DNA from: Octopus bimaculoides
Taxonomy: Eukaryota
Assembly (NCBI RefSeq): GCF_001194135.2
Contig: NC_068988.1
Location: 91,642,943-91,706,942 of the forward strand
Direction of reading: 5' to 3'
DNA: 64,000 nt
Part shown: positions 53,532 to 64,000 of the stretch, piece by piece
Layout: every line of letters starts with the position of its first letter
How positions within the stretch are numbered: the first letter of the stretch is position 1
Position numbers and translations under genes: made by a program
The notes under the pieces: model-generated
The model's input: only the letters and a program-made list of their open reading frames with translations
The model's database searches: none
Told to the model about the DNA's origin: nothing

Positions 53532-53615
53532 ATGCTGAAGTCAAATGCCAACCAACTAAATCACCAGAATTCTCATCTTTAGGGCTGCTCCTCATCATTG
53601 TCAGCATATTGAACG
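53532..53615 (+). CDS. Candidate symmetric 84-nt exon, (D)AEVKCQPTKSPEFSSLGLLLIIVSILN
   Basis: Acceptor ttcttttccttttcag, donor acg|gtaggt; phase 1-1; only one open frame; no partner exon confirmed. Confidence 0.35.
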
Positions 53616-55063
53616 GTAGGTCAGGAGATATTGTGTTGATACTAGAGTGGATAGATTAATGTGTATTGGATACAAGAGAACCTCAGCCAAACAGCACACA
53701 AGCAAGGAACAACAGTACAAATTCTTATGGCTTGTAGCAGCAACAGAAAAGGCAGAGGAGATACACCATTAGCTGAGAAATGGATGAAGTAATTGAGGTG
53801 GTCAAAATCAATGAAAGTTAGTTAAGCTAAACCTAATTATTGACAATATGAGAGTGGCACTGCAAACAAGCTACTGTAAGGGCAGCAGATAAGCAGAAAG
53901 ATAACCATGAGCCCCTTCTCCAGACCACTTCAGCTGCTATTGCAGTTGGCAACTCATTGATGTATTAGGGTTTCTATGGAGTACATGGAGCCTATGAATA
54001 TGGTACAAGGAATAAAGAGCAATTAGGCACTTAGAGTTCTGCAATACAAACAGCCCAATCATTCCAGGAAACCAGTGAGCTACCAGTCAAATGAACACAC
54101 AAGCCACACAGACTTCATTCTCAGCATGAATGCTAAGTCTTTCTCTCATGAAGAACTTACCACAGGTTAGTGGTTAGTGAGTGACATCAGGGTAAGAACT
54201 AGACAGTTTGGAGAAGGAAGTTGTGAAAGCTGCAAAAGTCAACCATAGACGGTCTTGAGCTCAGAACATAAAGCATCATAGCTAAATTACTCAAACAATT
54301 CTGCTATTCGACTGCCCATCTAAAAAATAATAGCTAGTAGCAGTATTTGGTTTTGTCTGGGTTTATTGAAACTTAAAATAAATATAATCACATGAATTCA
54401 TTATAATTTGAATAGGTCACTTTAACCCTTTTGATGCCAGCCTACCCAAAGACTACCCTTGGTTTCCATGATAAAGGCTTCTGGTTTTAAAATTATCTAA
54501 ATTAAAACTTTTTATGTTGATTTATGTTTCAAACACCACCTTAATGAGGAAAAAACTATTTCACTATATTCTTCATCATAATCATCCTCAAATGTAGCAT
54601 CTGTTCTCCATGCTGGCATGGATTAGATGGTTTGACTAGAACTGGTAAGCCAGAGAACTGTACCAAGTTCCAGTCTGTTTTGGTTTAGTTTCTTTGGCTG
54701 GATACCCTTCCTAATGCCAACCACTCCTCAGAGTGTTGTGAGTGCCTTCTGCATGTCACTGGTACCTTTTACACATCATCTGCAATTATTTTCATTATTT
54801 TCAAAATTAATTGAAACAATAGTAATGTATTTCAACAGAAATATAATAATGACAGGATTTTAAAAACTGCTATCATTCTTCAGATTGTTCAAAATTGCTG
54901 AGTCAATGGGAGACTGGCCATATTCATTCATTTCTAACTGATCTAGTAATACATACTGTGAAAGCTTTTGCTTGCTTCTTAAGACTGACTGACACATACG
55001 CCTCTGCCATTAGTACAGAAGCCCACATCTCCAGTTCAGTTATTAAAGGTGCCATTCAAATAT

Positions 55064-55443
55064 TTACTTGTTTCAGTCATTTGACTGCGGCCATGCTGGA
55101 GCACCGCCTTTAGTCGAGCAAATCGACCCCAGGACTTATTCTTTGGAAGCCTAGTACTTATTCTATCGGTCTCTTTTGCCGAACCGCTAAGTTACGGGGA
55201 CGTAAACACACCAGCATCGGTTGTCAAGCGATGTTGGGGGGACAAACACAGACACACACACACAAATACATATATATACATATATACGACGGGATTCTTT
55301 CAGTTTCCGTCTACCAAATCCACTCACAAGGCTTTGGTCGGCCCGAGGCTATAGTAGAAGACACCTGCCTCAAGGTGCCGCGCAGTGGGACTGAACCCAG
55401 AACCATGTGGTTGGTAAGCAAGCTACTTACCACTCCCGCGCCT
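55064..55443 (-). mobile_element. SINE family A, near-consensus copy
   Basis: Near-identical to 35229-35665. Confidence 0.85.
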
Positions 55444-55923
55444 ATATATATATAATGTATGTATGTATGTATCAAGATAAGCTTTTAAATGTACACAAGG
55501 TCACAACTTTAAGGAGGTATGTCATTATAGTGACAAGACAGGTACTTATTTTAACAATCTTGCCAGGATATAAACACAGTCAGAAAACAATACAACTAAA
55601 CATCAGTGTTTCTCATACACCACTGCCTAAATAATAATAACAATTAAGAAAGATGGATGCGAACACATTACAAAAGCAACATCAAGGGTTACTGAATTTG
55701 GTATTAAGGTCATAAATATGGCGGATTGGGAATTGTTGATAAATCAGCTTTAGTACTTATTTTATCAACCAACACCAGTGTCATAAAAAGCTAAGAGAAG
55801 CCTGGACAAATAATTAACTAAATACTGTAGCACTGTCTATTGTTCTTCACAGAAGGTGTAATGTGGTAAAGAGAGAGAGAGAGTGAGGGACATTATCTGG
55901 TGAAGAGTGACAGTGTGTGTGTA

Positions 55924-55958
<35 letters not shown>

Positions 55959-57063
55959 NNNNNNNNNNNNNNNNNNNNNNNNNNNNNNNNNNNNNNNNNN
56001 NNNNNNNNNNNNNNNNNNNNNNNNNNNNNNNNNNNNNNNNNNNNNNNNNNNNNNNNNNNNNNNNNNNNNNNNNNNNNNNNNNNNNNNNNNNNNNNNNNNN
56101 NNNNNNNNNNNNNNNNNNNNNNNNNNNNNNNNNNNNNNNNNNNNNNNNNNNNNNNNNNNNNNNNNNNNNNNNNNNNNNNNNNNNNNNNNNNNNNNNNNNN
56201 NNNNNNNNNNNNNNNNNNNNNNNNNNNNNNNNNNNNNNNNNNNNNNNNNNNNNNNNNNNNNNNNNNNNNNNNNNNNNNNNNNNNNNNNNNNNNNNNNNNN
56301 NNNNNNNNNNNNNNNNNNNNNNNNNNNNNNNNNNNNNNNNNNNNNNNNNNNNNNNNNNNNNNNNNNNNNNNNNNNNNNNNNNNNNNNNNNNNNNNNNNNN
56401 NNNNNNNNNNNNNNNNNNNNNNNNNNNNNNNNNNNNNNNNATTATATATAGATATATATATATATTTTTTTATATATATATACATACATACATACATATA
56501 TAGACAATAGGTGAAAGCTGGGTATGCTCAGTATAGAAAACACATAGTAGTGCTCAAAAGGATTTAATTCCTTCGTCCAGAGCAAGGCCTTCACCATCAA
56601 GAGTAACTATAAGAGAAATCCAAATCAAGCTGATAGAGATAGTACTAGTTAGGTTTGATATAGATATATTTACATGGAGTACAAAAAATACAGAATAAAA
56701 TATGAAGAAAATATGTGATTTCTTAACTCAACAGCTATTTCAGGAAGCCCAGAATTATATAATTATCATAATTTGCAGATGAAATGTGCAAAACATCATG
56801 GGTACACAACTAGTAACCTGTCACATGAAGATATTACAATAAGTCTAGTTCCCCTAATCAAGAGAAGATTGGAAAATACAATCTGTAGATATATATATAT
56901 ATATCAAAATTTGCATATATACAAGTGTGTGGATATAATACATGAGTGTATTATTATTAAACACTAGTGTTAATCAAAGGAAAGTTGAGACCCAAACTTG
57001 AATAGTACTAATGAATGGAAATTGCTTGTAGAAAATGTGGAGAAAAAGCTTGTGCTCCCTCAC

Positions 57064-57149
57064 CATACTGAAATAAGAAAGCCATCCTCTGATCTTACTG
57101 GCAAATTTTTGGTTTAACAAAAATGTCTTGACTGTGGAGTTGATGGTGT
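57064..57149 (-). CDS. Candidate 86-nt exon, TINSTVKTFLLNQKFASKIRGWLSYFSM
   Basis: Acceptor gtattcttttcctaag, donor atg|gtgagg; open frame with phase 1 in and phase 0 out; product unrecognised. Confidence 0.4.
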
Positions 57150-58012
57150 CTTAGGAAAAGAATACAGAGTGGAATCATCATCACTGTCATTTACCATCCA
57201 TTTTCCCTGCTGGCAAGGGTTGGATGGTTTGACAGGAGCTGGTAAGGCTGGAGGGACACACCAGGCTCCATTGTCTGCTCTGGCATGATTTCTACAGCTG
57301 AATGCCCTTTCTAACACCAACTACTTTACAGTGTACCAGGTGCTTATGTGGCCCAAAACCAGTACTTTATATACAGCACCAGTGCTCTTTACATGGCACC
57401 AGCACCAGTGCTTTTTACGTGACTCCAGTATGAAGAATAACAGAACAGTGATTAGTGAACTGCAGAGAAGAGCAGTGAATATTTCACCATGGATATATTA
57501 GAGGTATGAGAACTAAAACCTAAGCTAAATACTGAGAACAAATCCTCAAGGAAATGTTAAGTGTATAATTATCCCTTTAGAATTCAGTTCACTTTGTCAA
57601 ATGTTATATATTCAGATTTTATAAAATTCATCCTGCATTATCTTGTAGCTTTGAGATTTTGAAGATGTGATTATCTATTTTTAGTATGATATTGCTGTGT
57701 AGGAGTGGGAGGCTGGATCTCACCAGCATGAACATAAAACAGGTAGAATATTTGGGCCAGATATGGCCTGTTTAAATGCTAAAGTGTTAAAGTAGTATTA
57801 CAAATGACACTGGTTGGGGTGGGAGGCATGCTAGTGTAGGCCAAACAAAGACATTCCCAGGTAGCATTAATGCTACTCAGCATCACCAGGATCACTACTG
57901 TCTGAAGGGATTAAAATCACTGTGATCCCCAAGTCAATAGTTGCTGACTGTAAAACTCCACATTGCAGGCTGTGTGTGTATGCATATATACATATGTGTA
58001 GCCTTTATATGT

Positions 58013-58397
58013 GGAGGCGCAATGGCCCAGTGGTTAGGGCAGCGGACTCGAGGTCATAGGATCGCGGTTTCGATTCCCAGACCGGGCGTTGTGAGTGTTT
58101 ATTGAGCGAAAACACCTAAAGCTCCACAAGGCTCAGGCAGGGGATGGTGGCGAACCCTGCTGTACTCTTCCACCACAACTTTCTCTCACTCTTACTTTCT
58201 GTTTCTGTTATGCCTGTAATTCAAAGGGTCAGCCTTGTCGCACTGTGTCACGCTGAATATCCCCGAGAACTACGTTAAGGGTACACGTGTCTGTGGAGTG
58301 CTCAGCCACTTGCACGTTAATTTCACGAGCAGGCTGTTCCGTTGATCGGATCAACTGGAACCCTCGACGTCGTAAGCGACGGAGTGCCAACAACAAC
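58013..58397 (+). mobile_element. Young full-length tRNA-derived SINE
   Basis: A box tggcccagtgg, B box ggtttcgattccc, (caa)n tail, 10-bp TSD cctttatatg (58002-58011 / 58398-58407). Confidence 0.9.
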
Positions 58398-59200
58398 CCT
58401 TTATATGGGTGTGTGATCCACAGACTACATAGCTACCATATATAGTTGATATGTTTGTGTCTATGGATCAACAGTGTACAGTGAAGGCATGTGGTTTAGT
58501 GGTTAGGTTATTCAGCTCACAGTTGTAAGGTTGAGAGTTCAATTCCTAGAGGCACATAGGGTTCCTGAGCAAAACATTTTTAAGTTGCTCCAGCCCACTC
58601 TGCTGGCAAAAACGAATTGTACCTGTAATTCAAAGGGTTAGACTTGTCACATTCTGTGTCCTGCTGAATTTCTCTCAGAACAACGTTATGGGTATGCATG
58701 TCTGTGGAGTGCTCAGCCACTTCTACAATAATTTTATGAGCAGGCTGTTCCATTGATCAGCTCAACTAGAACCCTTTTCATCGTAACTGATACTGCAGCC
58801 ATGCTGGAGCACCACCTCTGAAGAATTTTAGTTAACCAATTCAACCCCAGGACTTATTCTATCAGTCACTTTTACCGAACTACTAAGTTATGGGTGACCT
58901 GAATACACAAACATCAGTTGTCAAGCAGTGATGGGGGGGGGGGAACAAACACACACACACATATATACACACACACACATACACATATATACACACACAC
59001 ACAAAGTGCGGGCCAAAGGTTACACACAAAACAAGTTCAATATGCTCCAAAGTTGCCTAAGTTATGCTTCAAATTTCTAAAATTGACTAAAATAAAATAA
59101 TGAATACAACGTATTGTACATGATGAATAACATTAATAATAATAATCTAATATAAATAAAATGTCAAATGTTTTGATGCATGACTTTTGGCACACCTTTA

Positions 59201-59231
<31 letters not shown>

Positions 59232-59529
59232 ATCATCATCATCGTTTAACGTCCGCTTTCCATGCTAGCATGGGTTGGACGATTTGACTGAGGACTGGTG
59301 AAACCGGATGGCAAACCAGGCTCCAATCTAATTTGGCAGAGTTTCTACAGCTGGATGCCCTTCCTAACGCCACCCACTCAGAGAGTGTAGTGGGTGCTTT
59401 TACGTGTCACCCGCACGAAAACGGCCACGCTCGAAATGGTGTCTTTTATGTGCCACCTGCACAAGCCAGTTCAGGGGCACTGGCAACGATCTCACTCGAA
59501 AATCCTTCTCACTCGAAAATCCTATCTCA

Positions 59530-59573
<44 letters not shown>

Positions 59574-59949
59574 TTTATATACGATGGGTTTTTTTCAATC
59601 TCTGCCTACCAAATCCACCCATAAGACTTTGGTCAGCCTGGGGCTATAGTTGAAGACATCTGCAGAGTGGGATTGAATCCTAAACCACATGCATGGGAAG
59701 CAAGCTTTTTAACCACACAGCTACACCTGTGGCTACATTCCCTGGTAAGATTGTTGTAACTCAGAACCCCTAGAGAGATCTATGCTGACTGAAGTGCCAA
59801 AATTAGTGATCCCTAGTCTCTCTCTCTCACACACACAAGTGTGTATGCAGACATTTGTGTGTGGCCATGCATGTGCATGTGTGTGTATCAGTATGCATAT
59901 TTATGTGTTTATGTGATCATACTTGAATGGGTTGACTTAGGTCTCCTGC

Positions 59950-60760
59950 ATGAACAGAACACCACAACTTGTTGCAGTTATATCTCTGTCAGCTTTCACT
60001 CGTTCATCCCTTGTTTTCTTTTACTGGATCACCTTGTACACCTTTACTCACATGTTCATGCCAGCCCAATCTTCCACTTTTACATACCACATCTGATTTC
60101 TCAAATTGCTAACTTTTTTCTCAGCTCACACATATTTCATCATTCATACACACTGACATTACACATATTCAAACAACGTGAACGTGTTCACCTCATTTCT
60201 TTCCAGCTTTCACACACCCTCCAAAAATCGATACCCTTCTTCTAATACAATGCAACATAACACTTCACACAGTCATAGCATCTATAATCTGCATTTCTTT
60301 CAGAGAAACAAATCCTTTTGTTGCCAGCATAGGTAACAGTTCCCTGAACCGTTCCCACTCTAATCTTACGCTGAACACTCTCCCCCAATGCTAATTAGGT
60401 CACCTAGGTAACAGGAGCTATTGATAGAATTTATTTTATCAGTACTCTTACTCACTAACCATTACTGCACATCTAGATACAAAGACTCTGCCAAGCTTGC
60501 CTATGATCCTATTGCACCTCCTGTGCACCCATATGGAATCCCTCCCTCCTCTTTTCCTGCATAGTGAACATCTATCTCACAGATGGCAGTTAAGTTATGT
60601 TTTCTTTCCTGCTAACGAAAATTGCTGTATTCGTTAGGTTTACATTATAACTTCTTGAATCTAGGCTTCGCTTATACCATGGAAAATACAAAATAGTTTA
60701 GTGGCACAACAGAGCTAAGATACCCATGCATCATCATAGGGAGTAAGGTTGTGGAGTACT
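59950..60760 (-). mobile_element. RTE-type LINE fragment, decayed
   Basis: Frameshifted remnants of the FCYLGD...GG..RIR.GW..F and CV...MLY regions. Confidence 0.55.
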
Positions 60761-61038
60761 TTGGTTTCCAGGATTGAAATGAACATAGGGTTGTTAGCTG
60801 TGATACATATGGCAATATGTGAGGTCTAGTTAATGGGAGAGTTTTGTATGAGGTGGAGAGACTGAAGACTTGATAAGGTGAGAGAGAAGGAGAAAGAGAA
60901 AGAAAGAGTGAGCGAGAGTGAATCAAAGAAAAACGATGAGTGTATATCATAGAGGAAGTGTGTGCACGAAGGAGATGTGTGTGTATGTGTGAGTGTGTTT
61001 TTGTACTGGAAAGAGAGGGTGTGTTTATGTATGTGTAA

Positions 61039-61073
<35 letters not shown>

Positions 61074-61732
61074 TGTGTCTGTGTGCACGATTGGGTGTGC
61101 ATCAGTGAGAGAGACTGTGTATTTGTGTGTACGATTGAGTGTACGTGTGCGCGCGCATGTGTGTATATATGTGAGAGAGATCTATGAGCCAGAGAGAAAG
61201 AGAGATTGCTGTGTATGTGTAAGAGCACAGAGAGAGAGGGATGGATTTGTATGTCGTGGAAATTGTGTGCCAGGGAAAGTGAGAGAAAGAGAGAAATGTG
61301 TGGAAGAAGAGGAGGGGAGAATGTGTTAGGTCTCAGAGAGAGGAAGAGAGATACCTCAGAGAGAAGTGTATGTGTAGTGTGAGAGAGAGAGAGCGTTAAA
61401 AGCAACAAACCAAATTATTTTCCCCTAACTGCTATAATACCAATATTACAAGGGTTAAGGATTATTTCAGCTCTGCCAGGATCCCACTAGATCACAAGGG
61501 ACTTATTAATATTCTATCAAATTAGAAAATAGCACAAGCTTACATTAGTTTTATAGTCACAGCACCCCTTGCATCGTCATTAAATCTTTCATGGTGAATA
61601 AGTCAAAATTTGCTAACAAAAATTAGTTCAATATTTCAACCCCTACAATTTCTGCACGGTTTGATTATCGAATCTTCAATGTTAGCATTTCGGAACGGCA
61701 TAAATGCTACAACACTACAATCGCTGCCATAC

Positions 61733-61747
61733 TTTTCTCTCCGCCAT
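61733..61747 (-). CDS. Candidate first coding mini-exon ATG GCG GAG AGA AAA (MAERK) in a CpG-rich promoter-like patch
   Basis: ATGGCGG start followed by gtatgg donor, at the boundary between CpG-rich (61500+) and CpG-poor DNA; no in-frame second exon identified. Confidence 0.25.
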
Positions 61748-63259
61748 AGAAATGCGCTAGCGACAGCAAAATCATTTTAACACCTTTTTAAACACATTCC
61801 ACAGATTCTATCCTCAAATATATAGCCTAGATATATTTCGTTTGTGTTAGCTAAATGCCGTTTGAAAATAATGAACACATCATTTCATTGACGTTTTCTT
61901 TTTTTAAATGATTAAAATAATGAATGGGTAAGAGACTGCTGCATTCAAAATATGGAAGCCAATATTGTGTTTCGATTGAATCTAAAGAACCAGTATTCAG
62001 AAATAATTTTTAACAGGTACCGAAGAAGAGGAACAGTTGATTAAACTTAATCCCTCCAGAACTTGGTTTTTACATTATTTTATTATCTTCAATAACAATT
62101 GCTTCTTATTTAGAGATAAGGCCAGTAGTTTTGAGAGAAGAGGTTTAGTCAATGTTGTACTTGATTGGTACTTATTTTTTTGGCTACAAAAAAAAAAAAA
62201 AAGAAAAAAGGAAGGCCAAGTCGATTTCGTCGTGATTTGAACTCAAAAAGCGATGCAACTAAGTACCGAAAAGCATTTTATTTGATAATAATATTTGCTT
62301 CTAACGGAAGGCCAAAAAATTGCGAAGGAAACTGTTAGTCAATTAAATCAACTCCAATACTTGACTGGTATTTTATTTTATTGACGCCTGAGGGATAAAA
62401 GGCAAAGTCGACCCAGGCGGAATTTGAACTCACGAAGTAGAGTGACTCAACTAAGTACCACAGAGTATATTTCCGATGACGACGCTCCAGCAATTCTTTA
62501 AATCAAACCATAAACGCCACATATTCCTCTTCGTTCCCACCTTCCAATAGTAAATATGTAAATAATTATCAGATGAGAATCTCCGAAAACCTCGCATCAA
62601 GGCAAACAGGTTCCACATTAAAGCAGCAACAGTTAATTATAATAAACAACAGACAGTGGTAATCACCAGTCAATAATAATATTACATAATATAATGTAAA
62701 ACGCCACCAACTAGATTGAGTTTCTGTGTAGGTGACACACAAACATTTGAAGGGAGATAATCTTAGGTTAACAGGCAGGCTTTTGTTTGTCTTTCATAAA
62801 TTAAAAACATAGAGGAGTCATAAGCAAAATCATTATCATAATTTCAAATATACGAATATAAGGACGTATATAAACATACACACACACATATACACAAACA
62901 CACATATATGCATATACACATACACACATACATATAATTCTAATACACACACAAATATAAATAGACACACTCAACACTTCATTTATATACGTATATGTTT
63001 ACGTAGCATCATACTGTAATCTGGTTGCTTTGTCCTTGTGGCAAATAAACAATGATCATTACTATTTTTAAAATTGTTGCCTTTGCCATTTTCTTTCGAG
63101 ATATTCTCTCCGTTGCGTTATGGGGAAACGGAAAACAATATTAAGAGGTTCAAAGTCAAGTCCCAGAAAATAATCAGGAAAATTCTAAAAGGGAGAATTT
63201 ACCTGAAGAATCGTTTATAACCAAGCAATCATTTTTTACTCTACAGGTATACCACGTAT

Positions 63260-63393
<134 letters not shown>

Positions 63394-63689
63394 ACCGAAT
63401 CACCATTTGTATGATAGTCTGTACCCGTAGATGAGTTTTATAGGGTAAAATCCAGGGTTAACACCCAAATGAAATATATATATATATATATGATGCAATT
63501 TAAGAAAAATATATCTAACAGATTTTAAACAAATAATCGATGCAATAGTGCGTGTGTGTTTGTCCACTGCCCAAAACAATCTTAGGATTAGTATTAATAA
63601 AAATATTTAGTGTAACAGCAACATCAACAGTAGCCTGTGTGATAATAGTGTTTCACTGGTGGATAATGTATTATTATAATGTTGGCCTT

Positions 63690-63950
63690 TGTTTGTGTCT
63701 ACGATGACGACATTTAGGTCAAGAAAATACCTATATAAGAAGAAAAACCTTTACCTCTCTCTTGCTACATGCCTGGTAAAAGTTCCTAGCGCCTTATCAG
63801 TCTGCATTAGGGACCATGTAGGGATCTGTTCTAGTAGTTTGGAAGTAGGATCCGACCAAATTGTAAAGTCTCCTCACCTACGTCCATTCTTATTAAACTC
63901 TGATAACAGGAGAGTTCGTATGGCCTTTTTATACGAACCGAAATCTTACG
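63690..63950 (-). mobile_element. Possible RTE LINE 3' remnant
   Basis: Weak similarity to the L.W.PT.G region (SKLLEQIPTW); ends near a (cgt/cat) tail. Confidence 0.35.
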
Positions 63951-64000
63951 ATTTATAGTACTCAACTACGGAAGCCTAAAGGCGTGACTAACATAATTAT

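Noticed and set aside
58013-58085. tRNA gene
   Set aside because: tRNA-like head continues into a 380-nt SINE body with tail and TSD; no clean acceptor stem
59005-59200. Tc1-like MITE with gccaaa(a/g)g termini
   Set aside because: Inverted match too short and imperfect; single copy

Overview
AT-rich, repeat-dense animal genomic DNA from a gapped short-read-style scaffold (five N gaps). The repeat families (tRNA-derived SINEs carrying internal TA/CA microsatellites, (GAT)n- and (ATT)n-tailed SINE-like repeats, TTAA-flanked MITEs, mariner, RTE/CR1 LINE and Penelope remnants) look like an octopus/coleoid cephalopod genome; this is recognised from memory, not searched. Nearly all ORFs in the supplied track are spurious (microsatellites, N gaps, repeat antisense). 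The one well-supported host gene is a spliced minus-strand gene with five phase-compatible exons at 5814-450 that runs off the left edge. Its translation has motifs resembling the C-terminal third of FANCA, and it carries an apparent 1-nt frameshift at about 1792. Main findings: a complete minimal type I hammerhead ribozyme (minus, 252-296) in sense orientation inside an intron of that gene; a CUGUUGA-core hammerhead variant in two Penelope-type ends; a mariner derivative with non-matching TIRs; a 32-bp hairpin; a 98%-identical local inverted pair; a head-to-tail SINE array; and alternating CpG-depleted and CpG-retaining domains. No rRNA, true tRNA gene or CRISPR array was seen.
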